Below, one piece after another: positions 28,736 to 38,296 of a DNA stretch of 64,000 nt. Where the stretch lies: assembly GCA_040767925.1 (NCBI GenBank), contig JAXGNN010000003.1, forward strand, positions 323,267 through 387,266. Reading direction: 5' to 3'. Within the stretch, counting starts at the first letter, position 1; every line of letters starts with the position of its first letter. The notes under the pieces are model-generated. The model was not told the origin of the DNA. It saw only the letters and a list, made by a program, of their open reading frames with translations, and did no database searches. The DNA comes from Christensenellales bacterium. Its GTDB lineage: Bacteria > Bacillota > Clostridia > Christensenellales > CAG-138. Both the position numbers and the translations under genes were made by a program.

Positions 28736-30118
28736 ATGCCAAGGTTGTGCGAACTCGTGAGGGCGCCGGAAGCCCACAAGGGCCCGGCGGAGGTTTCGGG
28801 CTGGATCAAGACCGTGCGCGAGAGCAAGAACGCGGGCTTCATCGAGCTGACGGACGGAAGCTGCTTCAAATCCGTGCAGGTCGTCTACGAACCGAACAAT
28901 CTCAGCCCTGAGCTCGCGAAGAACCTGCGCACGGGCGCGGCCGTTCAGGTCGCGGGCGAACTCGTGCTCACGCCCGGCATGCCGCAGCCTTTTGAGATCA
29001 AGGCGTCCGAAATCGTCCTTCTCGGCGCGTGCGACGAGGATTATCCCCTGCAGAAAAAGCGCCACACGCTCGAGTACATGCGCACCATACAGCACCTTCG
29101 CCCGCGCGCGAACATCTTCCAGGCGACCTTCCGCGTGCGGAACGTCGTCGCGCAGGCCATCCACCGCTTCTTCGACGAGCGCGGCTTCCTCTACGTCCAC
29201 ACGCCGCTCATCACGCCGAGCGACTGCGAGGGCGCGGGCGAGATGTTCCGCGTGACGACGCTCGACATCAACGACCCGCCCAGGACCGAGGACGGCAAAA
29301 TCGACATGGGCCGCGACTTTTTCGGGGGCGAGGCCAACCTCACCGTCAGCGGGCAGCTTTACGGCGAGGCGTTCGCGCTCGCCTTCCGCGACATCTATAC
29401 CTTCGGGCCGACCTTCCGCGCGGAATATTCCTTCACGGCGCGCCACGCCGCGGAATTCTGGATGATCGAGCCGGAGATGGCCTTCTGCGACCTCGCGGGC
29501 GACATGGACCTCGCCGAGGCGATGGTGAAGTACGTCATCCAGGCCGTCATGGAGCGCTGCCCCGACGAGCTTGCCTTCTTCAACAGCTTCGTCGACAACG
29601 GCCTTCTCGCGCGGCTTGAAAACGTCGTCACGAGCGACTTCGCGCGCATCAGCTACACGGAGGCGGTCGAACTTTTAAAGAAATCCGGCGCGGAGTTCAA
29701 GTATCCCGTGGAGTGGGGCTGCGACCTGCAGACGGAGCACGAGCGCCACATCACCGAACAGATTTTCGGCAAGCCCGTGTTCGTGACGGATTATCCCAAG
29801 GAGATCAAGGCCTTCTACATGCGCGTGAACGACGACGACAAGACCGTCGCCGCGGCGGACCTGCTCGTGCCCGGCGTGGGCGAAATCATCGGCGGCAGCC
29901 AGCGCGAGGAGAGGCTGGACGTTTTGAAGCGCCGCATCGCCGAGATGGGCATGGACGTTTCACAGTACGGCTGGTATCTCGACCTTCGCCGCTTCGGCGG
30001 CGTAAAGCACGCGGGCTTCGGCCTCGGGTTCGAGCGCGTCATCATGTACGTGACGGGCATGGGCAATATTCGCGACGTGCTGCCCTTCCCGAGGACCACG
30101 GCGAGCATGGAAATGTAA
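28736..30118 (+). CDS. asnS: Asparagine--tRNA ligase
   Basis: 460 aa class IIb aaRS. Motif 2 is [24 protein letters not shown]; GGSQREER and motif 3 [15 protein letters not shown] are also present. Confidence 0.92.
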   Translation: MPRLCELVRAPEAHKGPAEVSGWIKTVRESKNAGFIELTDGSCFKSVQVVYEPNNLSPELAKNLRTGAAVQVAGELVLTPGMPQPFEIKASEIVLLGACDEDYPLQKKRHTLEYMRTIQHLRPRANIFQATFRVRNVVAQAIHRFFDERGFLYVHTPLITPSDCEGAGEMFRVTTLDINDPPRTEDGKIDMGRDFFGGEANLTVSGQLYGEAFALAFRDIYTFGPTFRAEYSFTARHAAEFWMIEPEMAFCDLAGDMDLAEAMVKYVIQAVMERCPDELAFFNSFVDNGLLARLENVVTSDFARISYTEAVELLKKSGAEFKYPVEWGCDLQTEHERHITEQIFGKPVFVTDYPKEIKAFYMRVNDDDKTVAAADLLVPGVGEIIGGSQREERLDVLKRRIAEMGMDVSQYGWYLDLRRFGGVKHAGFGLGFERVIMYVTGMGNIRDVLPFPRTTASMEM

Positions 30119-30152
30119 GTCAATTGATAATTGACAAATCGATTTACGAAAA

Positions 30153-30186
30153 GGCGGCCTTCGCTTGAAGCGCGGAGGCCGTTTTC
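30153..30186 (+). terminator. Terminator of asnS
   Basis: CGGCCT-15 nt (with inner CGCTTgAAGCG)-AGGCCG followed by TTTTCG. It is preceded by the palindrome GTCAATTgatAATTGAC at 30119-30135. Confidence 0.6.
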
Positions 30187-30266
30187 GCATGGGAACCGAA
30201 AGCGGATTTTGATCTTTGCCCGGTTGCCCGGCTGTTCTTTGCGCTCTCCTCGCAGAACGGCGCTTG

Positions 30267-30295
30267 TTGACAATGCTTTCCGCCGCCGATATAAT
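30267..30295 (+). promoter_or_regulatory. Putative sigma-A promoter of the CN-hydrolase gene
   Basis: TTGACA-17 nt-TATAAT. Confidence 0.5.
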
Positions 30296-30379
30296 CGGTG
30301 CGTGCACGCGATCTATTTCATCATCGCGGCGGTCAAATCGGGAAGCGGCTTGTTTATTCAAAAACGCGAGGGAATCTTC

Positions 30380-31153
30380 ATGAGAATCGGTTTTATACAG
30401 TACGCGGTTTCAAAGAACAGGGCTGAAAACATCCGTAAGGCGCGCCGTTTTTCGGCGGGGATGGATGCGGAAATCATCCTTTTGCCGGAGCTTGCGGACT
30501 GCGGCTATCTGTTCGACGGCAGGGAACAGCTTTGGGAGGCTGCGCGCACCCTCGGCGAGAACGAGTTCATCGGGGAATTGAAGGGCGTTTCGGCTAAAAA
30601 AGGCTGCGCCGTCGTCGCAGGCGTCGCGGAACGGGAAGGCGAAAAGCTTTACAACTCGGCCGTCATACTGGATCGCGGGGTTCTCGTGGGCGTATACAGA
30701 AAAATGCATCTGACCGATTACGAGAAGGGAATCTTCGATCGCGGCGAAACGAACGCGGTATTCCCTGCGCAGGGCATAAAGCTCGGCGTGCAGATCTGCT
30801 TCGATCTGTGGTTCCCGGAGATCTCGCGCGTACAGCTCCTGCAGGGCGCCGACCTATTCTGCGTTCTCGCGAATTTCGGCGGAGAAACCACCTATGACAT
30901 CGCCGGGACGCGGGCGGTTGAGAACCTCACCCCGCTGATCCTCTGCAACAGGGTGGGCGAAGAGCGCAGCGCAAAGGACGAGGCGGTTTTTCTTGGCAGG
31001 AGCACCGTCGTCGACGGCGAGGGACGCCGCGTCATCCGGGGGAGAGACCATGTGGAATTTGCCGAAAGCTGCGCGATTGCGCTTACGGGACGGAAGGCCA
31101 ACGCCATCTGCGGGGATTTTTTGCCGGAGATCCGGCGCCATTCTTTTTCGTAG
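30380..31153 (+). CDS. Carbon-nitrogen hydrolase (nitrilase superfamily)
   Basis: Start ATG 30380. The Glu-Lys-Cys triad contexts are LLPELADCGY, YRKMHL and GVQICFDLWFPE. Confidence 0.8.
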   Translation: MRIGFIQYAVSKNRAENIRKARRFSAGMDAEIILLPELADCGYLFDGREQLWEAARTLGENEFIGELKGVSAKKGCAVVAGVAEREGEKLYNSAVILDRGVLVGVYRKMHLTDYEKGIFDRGETNAVFPAQGIKLGVQICFDLWFPEISRVQLLQGADLFCVLANFGGETTYDIAGTRAVENLTPLILCNRVGEERSAKDEAVFLGRSTVVDGEGRRVIRGRDHVEFAESCAIALTGRKANAICGDFLPEIRRHSFS

Positions 31154-31250
31154 CCGCTCTCCCCGCCGACTGGCCATGCGCAGGAACAGGCAAGCAAAGC
31201 GCCCGGCCTCCGAACGGAGGCCGGGCGCTTTGCGAATCCAAAGTCTTTTT

Positions 31251-31739
31251 TTACTGCGCTTCCCGGCCGAGCATGATGGTCATAACGCCTTCCGCCGTCG
31301 TATAATAGATCGTGATGTTGAGGCCGTCGTCGTTCTTCGCGCCGTAGGTAAAGCCGTCCTGCGAGTTGATCTCATAAGGATCGACGCTGAAATCCTCCTT
31401 GATCCCCTCGGCGTAGGCCTGGGCGTCCTCCGCATCGACCTCCTCGAGATTGACCATCACGGAATCCGTGCTTTCGTACACATAGGTGACGGTCCCGTCC
31501 TTAAACTCGGGAATGCTCTTCGCGAGATCGGATTTCGGCCACTCGGTGCCGCCGAAAGTCGTCGTTTCGCCGTCCTCGCCCTCTATGGTCAGCGTGCCGT
31601 CCTCAATATCCACATCGCCTCCGCTGGCGTCCCCGAGTATGTTCTCTGCGATCTTTTCGCCGATTTTCTTTTTAAGATTGCAGCCGTAGAGGGACAGAAG
31701 CAGCAGGGCGACAATGAGGATTGCGATGATCTTTTTCAT
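31251..31739 (-). CDS. Small acidic lipoprotein, function unknown
   Basis: MKKIIAILIVALLLLSLYGC lipobox. AAGGAG RBS. Confidence 0.65.
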   Translation of the reverse strand: MKKIIAILIVALLLLSLYGCNLKKKIGEKIAENILGDASGGDVDIEDGTLTIEGEDGETTTFGGTEWPKSDLAKSIPEFKDGTVTYVYESTDSVMVNLEEVDAEDAQAYAEGIKEDFSVDPYEINSQDGFTYGAKNDDGLNITIYYTTAEGVMTIMLGREAQ

Positions 31740-31773
31740 GTGATAACTCCTTTTAACATGCTGTATTTGCGTT

Positions 31774-32148
31774 TCATACGCCTGCGGCGGCTCCGCCGCC
31801 AGAGCTTGCGCTTACGAGATAACGGTAGTTGATGATGAGTTCCGCGCGCGAGTTCACGCCGAGTTTCCGGTACACCCCGTTCATATGGGTGTTTGCGGTG
31901 GAGTATTTGACATGGAGCCTCTCCGCGGATTCCTTGAGCGTGTATCCCTCCACCAGAAACAGGCACAACTCCCGCTCGCGCGGGGTCAGCTTTCCGGTGC
32001 GTTCGTGCTTCTCCGCCTCTGCGATGATGAGCTTCCCGCCGCAGGATTCCGAAGCCCTGCCGCTTTCCGGCGCGGGGGGAGGGCTCTTCGCCGCATCGCG
32101 GCGCTTCATCAGGGCAAACATGCGCTTTAGCCATTCCAGATGCGCCAT
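31774..32148 (-). CDS. LuxR-family HTH protein (small, soluble)
   Basis: Start ATG 32148 after AGGAGGG. C-terminal LTPRERELCLFLVEGYTLKESAERLHVKYSTANTHMNGVYRKLGVNSRAEL. Confidence 0.7.
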   Translation of the reverse strand: MAHLEWLKRMFALMKRRDAAKSPPPAPESGRASESCGGKLIIAEAEKHERTGKLTPRERELCLFLVEGYTLKESAERLHVKYSTANTHMNGVYRKLGVNSRAELIINYRYLVSASSGGGAAAGV

Positions 32149-32407
32149 ACATATCCCTCCTGTGGATATCAAAGCCGGTACGCGCGTTCCTTCGCATCAC
32201 ATCCTGAAGCATGAACCGATGGTTCCCGTTATTTCGCCGCGCCCGAATGATCGGGCGCCGTTTGCGCCTCCCTTCCCGGCGTGATTCGCCTGATATATTT
32301 ATTTTACATAATTTTCCCGATGCTTTTCAACTCATTAATACAAATGAATTCGCGAGATGATTATCGTTAGATATAATGAAACAACTGGCGGCGGCACGGC
32401 CCGCGCG

Positions 32408-33847
32408 CTAGATGGCGGTATAGTCCTTGAAAAGCTGCATCAATTCCGCGCGGCTGTTGATGCCGGTCTTGCGGTAAATGCTCGTGCAATAGGTGTTGAC
32501 CGTCGGGTACGCGAGCGAAAGGATGCCCGATATCTGCCGCATCGTATAGCCCTGCAGCAGAAGCCGGCACACCTCGATTTCCCGCTTGCTCAGGTTGTAT
32601 CTCCGGAAGACATGCAACTGCTCGTTGTCCACCTCGGAGCGCTGCGCATCCTTCGCCCAATCGCTCTCGTAATGGCTCTGCGCGAGGATGGGCGAAGCGA
32701 TGAGGAGCGCGATCATCACGGCCGTGGCGAAAACGGAGGCCGCGATGGAACTACCGTACGTGTTCGCGCCGCTGATGATCCTGCCCAGCGCGATGCCCGA
32801 CACGCCGCCGCAGATGCCTACGAGCAGTATGGAAAGGCGGATATACTTCATGCTCTCGTATTTTTTGCCCACGACGCCGATGATGTAATACATGTTGATC
32901 ATGCCCATGGCGTTGCCGACGCCAAGAAGCAGCGCGAACGCCGCGGCAAAGCCGGGGAGCCTGTCCGCGAAGGCGTTTAAGAAAAGCCCCATCGCGACAG
33001 AGGCGAAGATCATGTTGCCTGCCCACAGATACGCCCTTTTTGAAACGGCATACAGCGCGATGAAGAGCGCGCAGCCAAAAAGTCCGCCCAGATAATGCCA
33101 GGCCATCAGCGGGGCGCCCGCATTTTGCGCGGCGGCGTTCAATATCCCCTTGCCCGCCCCTTTGCAGAGGATGACGAAAGCGCAGTTGAAGAAGATCGTC
33201 AGATAGATCCTCCTGTGCATCGCGGGTGGAGGGGTCTTGTCGGCGCCCTCTGCGGGCAGGGCGTCCCGGTTTCTGAAAAACCACGCCGCGACGAGGCTGA
33301 CGAGGAGCATGGCGAGCGAGAGCGCAAGCTCCATCCCCTTCCCCGCGTTTTTCTCGATGAAAAGCGAAATGAGCTGTATCAACGCGTTGCTTGCCGCCAC
33401 GGCGTAGAGCTTTTCCGTGTTGTTGAGGGAAAAGACGAAGGGCAGGAGTATGCAGATGTTCAGGCAGCCCACAGCGACGGAGCTCAAAACGGCGAGCGCT
33501 AGCCGGACGGTTGCGTCTTCCACGAGAAAAAACGCGCCGATCCCCGCGGCGACGACGAGCGCCATCGTGCGCGAAAGCCCGGCGAAAGATTCCCTGCGGA
33601 TGAGAAACACGAACGCCGCGGAGGAAATGAGGTTCACCGAATGCATCAGCCCGCGGAACCCCTCGTCAAACGCGGTGTTTCCGCCGGGCGAGGCCGTCCA
33701 CCAGGTGGCGAAGGCGACGACCCAGGCGTAGTACACGACCCATATGACGACATACGGCCAGTTCCGTCCCCGGATGTGGCGGAAATCGACGACCCGGTCG
33801 CCCGCGTCGATCCCCGCCGGCTTCTGCTCCTGCTTTTCGCGGGCCAT
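32408..33847 (-). CDS. Polytopic membrane protein with C-terminal LuxR-type HTH (membrane-tethered one-component regulator)
   Basis: Start ATG 33847 after AGGAGGAAG. About 10 or more hydrophobic segments are followed by LSKREIEVCRLLLQGYTMRQISGILSLAYPTVNTYCTSIYRKTGINSRAEL. Confidence 0.7.
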   Translation of the reverse strand: MAREKQEQKPAGIDAGDRVVDFRHIRGRNWPYVVIWVVYYAWVVAFATWWTASPGGNTAFDEGFRGLMHSVNLISSAAFVFLIRRESFAGLSRTMALVVAAGIGAFFLVEDATVRLALAVLSSVAVGCLNICILLPFVFSLNNTEKLYAVAASNALIQLISLFIEKNAGKGMELALSLAMLLVSLVAAWFFRNRDALPAEGADKTPPPAMHRRIYLTIFFNCAFVILCKGAGKGILNAAAQNAGAPLMAWHYLGGLFGCALFIALYAVSKRAYLWAGNMIFASVAMGLFLNAFADRLPGFAAAFALLLGVGNAMGMINMYYIIGVVGKKYESMKYIRLSILLVGICGGVSGIALGRIISGANTYGSSIAASVFATAVMIALLIASPILAQSHYESDWAKDAQRSEVDNEQLHVFRRYNLSKREIEVCRLLLQGYTMRQISGILSLAYPTVNTYCTSIYRKTGINSRAELMQLFKDYTAI

Positions 33848-33981
33848 CCCGTGCTTCCTCCTGATTTGAAAAGGCAAACATCATCGGTGCTTGCCTTCGC
33901 ATGGTTCCGCTGCTGACATGTCGTTATTGCACGTATTATAGCATATACCCCATTTCTTGCCTATATAAACCGCACCAAAAT

Positions 33982-34077
33982 GCAGAGGCCGGCGCCCGGG
34001 ATGTGCGCTTGCCCGCTCGCGCGGTTCCCCCCACAGGCACCGCGCGGCGCACACCGATCCGGTTCGCCGGCCTCTGC
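33982..34077. other. 96-nt extended GC-rich hairpin (13-bp perfect outer stem plus 8-bp perfect inner stem)
   Basis: GCAGAGGCCGGCG ... CGCCGGCCTCTGC encloses CGCGCGGT-ttccccccacaggc-ACCGCGCG. It lies between the oxidoreductase stop and the LuxR-membrane gene start. On the minus strand it is followed by ATTTTGG. Confidence 0.6.
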
Positions 34078-34160
34078 AAACATATTATCGCACGACAAGT
34101 ACGATAAAAAGGTCTTGATGAAGGGCCCGCGGCCCTTGTGCGCGGGAAGGCCCGCCCCCG

Positions 34161-35411
34161 TCAGAGCAAGGGCTCGAGCGATACGACGTTTCCATTGCGG
34201 CGGGATTCCTCGGCCGCAAAGCAGATCAGGTGGCTCTGCATGGAATCGCGGACGGAGCTTTTGACCGCCCCCTCCTCGCCCAGTTCCATGCGCACGAACG
34301 CGTCGATGAGCGCGAGGTCGCCGCCCGCGTGCCCGTCCACCATGCCGCCCGGCGGCGGGTTCTCGGTAATGCGCACGGAGCCCGTGCGGAAGTTCGTCAC
34401 CTCCACGGTTTCGTCGCTCATCTTGGCGCGCACCTCGCCGTGAGAGCCCATGACGTGGATGGTGCGCCCGTGCCTGTAATCCGTAAAAGCGGAGACGCTC
34501 AATGTCGCCGTCACGCCGTCCTCAAACTCGAGGATCGTGGACTGATGGTCGGCCACGTCGTTGTCGCAGCGGTATACGCAGCGGCCGTACGGGCCCTCGC
34601 GCAGGGCTTTAAGCCTGCCCTCGCGGCTGAAGTCGTCCGTGATGACCGAGATGGGCCAGCCCGTGTATCCCGGGATCATATAGATGCGCGTGGCGTTGTA
34701 CGGGCAGTCCGGCACGGCGCAGTCGAGGCAGCGCTCCGCGCTGCCCGCGGGCGCGTTCTCCGCGCGAAAATGCTTGAGGCTCCCGAACGAGGCGACGCGA
34801 AGGCAGTTCTTCCCCGTCAAATACAAAAGAATATCCGCGTCGTGGCAGGATTTGGCGAGCAGCATGGGGCTCGTTTCATCCTCGCGCCGCCAAGAGCCGC
34901 GCACATAGCTGTGCGCCGCGTGCCAATAGCCGATGTTCTCGCAGTGGGAGATGCCGACAACCTCCCCGATCTCCCCGCTGTCGATGACGGATTTTATGGT
35001 GTTGAAAAAGCGCGTGTAGCGCAGCACGTGGCAGACCGCCGCGCGCCTGCCCGTCTGCAGCGCCGTCTCATAAACGCGCAGGCATTCTTCCGCGGTTTTC
35101 GCAATAGGCTTTTCAATCAGCACGTCCAGCCCGCGCGCCATCGCGGCGCACGCGGGCGCGACATGCCCGTTGTCCTGCGTGGCGACGAGCGCAGCGTCCG
35201 CCTCGACGCCTGAGGCGAGCGCCTCGCGCCAGTCGCAAAACACATATTCCTCCGGCACGCCGTAACGCGCCGCGAACGCCCTCCTCCGGGCTTCCACGGG
35301 GTCCGCGACGGCGACGAACCGCAATCGTTCAGGGAACATGAGCGCGTACGGCGCATAGGCGTCCATGCCGCGCGCACCCGCGCCCAGGCAGATCATCCGA
35401 ACCGGTTTCAT
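34161..35411 (-). CDS. Gfo/Idh/MocA family NAD(P)-dependent oxidoreductase
   Basis: 416 aa with the N-terminal Rossmann motif MKPVRMICLGAGARGMDAY. Confidence 0.75.
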   Translation of the reverse strand: MKPVRMICLGAGARGMDAYAPYALMFPERLRFVAVADPVEARRRAFAARYGVPEEYVFCDWREALASGVEADAALVATQDNGHVAPACAAMARGLDVLIEKPIAKTAEECLRVYETALQTGRRAAVCHVLRYTRFFNTIKSVIDSGEIGEVVGISHCENIGYWHAAHSYVRGSWRREDETSPMLLAKSCHDADILLYLTGKNCLRVASFGSLKHFRAENAPAGSAERCLDCAVPDCPYNATRIYMIPGYTGWPISVITDDFSREGRLKALREGPYGRCVYRCDNDVADHQSTILEFEDGVTATLSVSAFTDYRHGRTIHVMGSHGEVRAKMSDETVEVTNFRTGSVRITENPPPGGMVDGHAGGDLALIDAFVRMELGEEGAVKSSVRDSMQSHLICFAAEESRRNGNVVSLEPLL

Positions 35412-35606
35412 CTCGCAACCCTTTCCTTATAGGAGCATGATAGGAGCATGCTTCAAACCCGCCCGCGAGCGTCGAGCGGCTCTGTTTCAGTGTAACACGA
35501 AGTTACAAAAATACAATCCTTTTCGGACGAAAAAGCGCGCATGAACACAGTGTATGCAAGGCTTTCCGAAGCCAATTCCTCAAACCGGCATACTAATGAT
35601 GGCTCA

Positions 35607-38063
35607 TTAGATAAAAAGGTTTACGTCGGCTTCCTCGGCGTCTCCCAGGTACGCGCCCACGCCGCCGAGCTCCACGCCGTCGATGAGCTCCTCTTCCTTG
35701 ATGCCCATGACGTCCATGCTCATCGTGCAGGCGACGACCTTGACGCCGGCGGCCATGGCCTTGTGGATGAGCTCCTCGAGGGAATCCACGCGCTTGTCGT
35801 TCATGATCTTTTTCATCATGGCGGTGCCCATGCCGCCCATGTTCATCCGCGAGAGCTTGAGCTTGCCGCTGCCGCGCGGCAGCATCGCGCCGAACATGGA
35901 TTCCACGAGATTCTTCTTCACGCGCTGTTTTTTGCTCTTGCGAAGCACGGTCAATCCCCAGAAGGTGAAGAACATCGTGACCTTCCTCCCCATCGCCGCC
36001 GCGCCGTTTGCGATGATGAAGCCTGCGAGCACGCGGTCGAGGTCGCCGGAGAAGACGATGATGGTCTTCCCGTCCGCAGCCTCGCGCACGGCGTTCGCCG
36101 CAGGGGCCGCGCCGCCCTTTTTGACGAGCGCAACGTAATCGTTCCCCCTGCGCTCGTTTGAAACGAGCGCGTTGCCCGTGCGCCTGCACCACGCGCCGAT
36201 GTCGCGCGCGAAACCCGGGTCCGAGGCGGAAACTTCCATCAACTCGCCCTCCTTCATCCCCCGCATGGTGTCGAACACCTTCATGATCGGGCCGGGGCAC
36301 TGCATGCCGCTGCAGTCGATGCGCATGCGCGCCGCGGGCGCGTCCTTCATATCCACATGGCCGCTGTCCGAAACGGGCGCGGTGTCCGAATAATTCATGC
36401 TCTCCTCCCGGTAGTGCGTCGATTGATAGAAGCGCATGCCGCCCGGGTAGAGCAGCACACGCGGGAAGCCGTTGTTCATCAGGATGCGCGCCGCGTTGTG
36501 GGCGCGCACGCCGATGGCGCAGAAGACGATGATCTCGCGGCTTTTATCAAGCTCATGGAGCCTCCCGCGCAATTGCCCGAGGGGGATGTGCACGGCGCCG
36601 GGCAGAGCGTACGCGAGCAGTTCCGCGTCCTCGCGCACGTCGAGCGCCACGGCGTCGGTCTTCTTCTCCACCGCGTCCCAGGAAGCGAACTTCGAGAGGC
36701 CCGAAAGCACGTTCATAGCGGCGAAGCCCGCCATGTTGACCGGGTCCTTCGCGGAGGAATAGGGCGGCGCATAGGCGAGCTCGAGCTTCGCGAGATCTGC
36801 AACGCCCCCGCCGAGGCGCGCCGTCACGGCGATGGTGTCGATGCGCTTGTCCACCCCGTCCCGCCCGACGATCTGCGCGCCGAGGAGCTTTTTGCCGTCC
36901 ATGCTGAAGAGCAGCTTGATCGTCAGGGGCGCCGCGCCCGGATAATAGCCCGCGTGCGAGTTCTGCGTGACGGTGACGCCTTCGTAATCCCTGCCCCGGA
37001 CGAGGCCGCGCTTCGCGAGCGTCTTCTCGTTGGCGCCCATGCTCGCCGCGGTCAGGTCGAACACCTTGGCGACGGCGGTGCCCTGCGTGCCCTCGTATTT
37101 CTCCATCGCGCCCATGATGTTGTTCGCCGCGATGCGCCCCTGCTTGTTGGCGGGGCCCGCGAGGGGGATCATGACGCGCTCCTTTAAAATGAAATCCTCC
37201 ACCTCTATGGCGTCCCCCACGGCGAAAATGTCGGGGTCCGAGGTGCGCAGGTATTCGTCCGTGACGATGCCGCCGCGCGCGTTGACGGCGAGGCCCGCGG
37301 CCTTCGCGAGCTCCCCGTTAGGCTTCACGCCGATGGCGAGTATGACGAGATCGGCCGAAATGATTTTGCCGGACTTCAGCGCAATGGAGACGCCGCTCCC
37401 CGTATCCTCGAACGAGGAGACGCCGTCCCCCAGGTGAAGCTTCACGCCGTTGTTCGCGATGTTTTCATGCAGGAGCTGCGCCATCTCGAAATCGAGGGGC
37501 GCCATCACCTGGTCGAGCATTTCCACGATGGAAACCGCAAGCCCCGCGTGGCGCAGGTTTTCCGCCATCTCGAGGCCGATGAAGCCGCCGCCGATGACGG
37601 CCGCGGATTTCACGTTTCCCTCGCGCACGAGCGCGCGGATCTGGTCGGTATCCGGCACGGTCCAGAGCGTGCGGATGCGCGGGGAGTCGATGCCGGGGAT
37701 CGGCGGGCGCAGCGGCGAGGAGCCCGTCGCGACGACGAGCGTGTCGTAGCTCTCCTCATAGACTTCGCCCGTGTCGACGCGCCTGATTGAAAGCCGCTTA
37801 TGCGCGCGGTCGATGAACACGGCCTCGTTTTTGACCCGCACGTCGACGTTATATTTCGTTTTCATGGCCTCGGGCGTCTGAAGGATGAGCGCTTTGCGCT
37901 CCTTGATGACGTCTCCCACATGATAGGGCAGCCCGCAGTTCGCGTAGGAGATATACTCCCCGCGCTCAAGCATGACGATCTCTGCGCTCTCGTCGAGCCG
38001 CCTCAGCCTCGCCGCGCAGCTTGCGCCGCCCGCGACGCCCCCGATGATGACAACCTTGCGCAT
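35607..38063 (-). CDS. Four-domain fusion: CoA-disulfide/persulfide reductase (FAD/NAD) - rhodanese - TusA/SirA - DsrE/DrsE-like
   Basis: 818 aa. IIGGVAGGASCA and the redox Cys43 in YISYANCGLPY mark the CoADR part. The rhodanese active-site loop is VFCAIGVRAHNAA. The TusA motif is DCSGMQCPGPIMK. The C-terminal stretch KTIIVFSGDLDRVLAGFIIANGAAAMGRKVTMFFTFWGL...VACTMSMDVMG is DsrE-like. Confidence 0.85.
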   Translation of the reverse strand: MRKVVIIGGVAGGASCAARLRRLDESAEIVMLERGEYISYANCGLPYHVGDVIKERKALILQTPEAMKTKYNVDVRVKNEAVFIDRAHKRLSIRRVDTGEVYEESYDTLVVATGSSPLRPPIPGIDSPRIRTLWTVPDTDQIRALVREGNVKSAAVIGGGFIGLEMAENLRHAGLAVSIVEMLDQVMAPLDFEMAQLLHENIANNGVKLHLGDGVSSFEDTGSGVSIALKSGKIISADLVILAIGVKPNGELAKAAGLAVNARGGIVTDEYLRTSDPDIFAVGDAIEVEDFILKERVMIPLAGPANKQGRIAANNIMGAMEKYEGTQGTAVAKVFDLTAASMGANEKTLAKRGLVRGRDYEGVTVTQNSHAGYYPGAAPLTIKLLFSMDGKKLLGAQIVGRDGVDKRIDTIAVTARLGGGVADLAKLELAYAPPYSSAKDPVNMAGFAAMNVLSGLSKFASWDAVEKKTDAVALDVREDAELLAYALPGAVHIPLGQLRGRLHELDKSREIIVFCAIGVRAHNAARILMNNGFPRVLLYPGGMRFYQSTHYREESMNYSDTAPVSDSGHVDMKDAPAARMRIDCSGMQCPGPIMKVFDTMRGMKEGELMEVSASDPGFARDIGAWCRRTGNALVSNERRGNDYVALVKKGGAAPAANAVREAADGKTIIVFSGDLDRVLAGFIIANGAAAMGRKVTMFFTFWGLTVLRKSKKQRVKKNLVESMFGAMLPRGSGKLKLSRMNMGGMGTAMMKKIMNDKRVDSLEELIHKAMAAGVKVVACTMSMDVMGIKEEELIDGVELGGVGAYLGDAEEADVNLFI

Positions 38064-38212
38064 AAAAAACCTCCGTTGCGTTTGATCCGCTTATGCCGCG
38101 GGAAAGATGCGTTTTAGCCGAGAGGATCCGTTAAGCCTGCCCGCGCCCGCGCGGCCAACCGCCGGAGCGCACAGATCCTTTCACAGTATAGCCGGCGCGG
38201 ACGGATTTTACG

Positions 38213-38225
38213 GTGATATTATCAC
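38213..38225. promoter_or_regulatory. 13-bp perfect palindrome GTGATA-T-TATCAC, candidate operator upstream of the CoADR fusion gene
   Basis: Seen directly about 150 nt upstream of ATG 38063. It is a half-length resemblance to 7-1-7 Fur/PerR-type boxes (TGATAATnATTATCA). Confidence 0.3.
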
Positions 38226-38296
38226 ATTCACGCGCGGATATGAACATAGACGTCGGGCCCCCGGCGCTTTGCCGAAGGCCCGACAGACAGATCCGT

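Noticed and set aside
35430-35451. A tandem 11-bp duplication TAGGAGCATGA/TAGGAGCATGC just upstream of the Gfo/Idh/MocA gene start.
   Set aside because: It is real in the sequence, but with two copies of 11 bp it is too short to interpret. It is most simply a slippage duplication, so I did not promote it to a finding.
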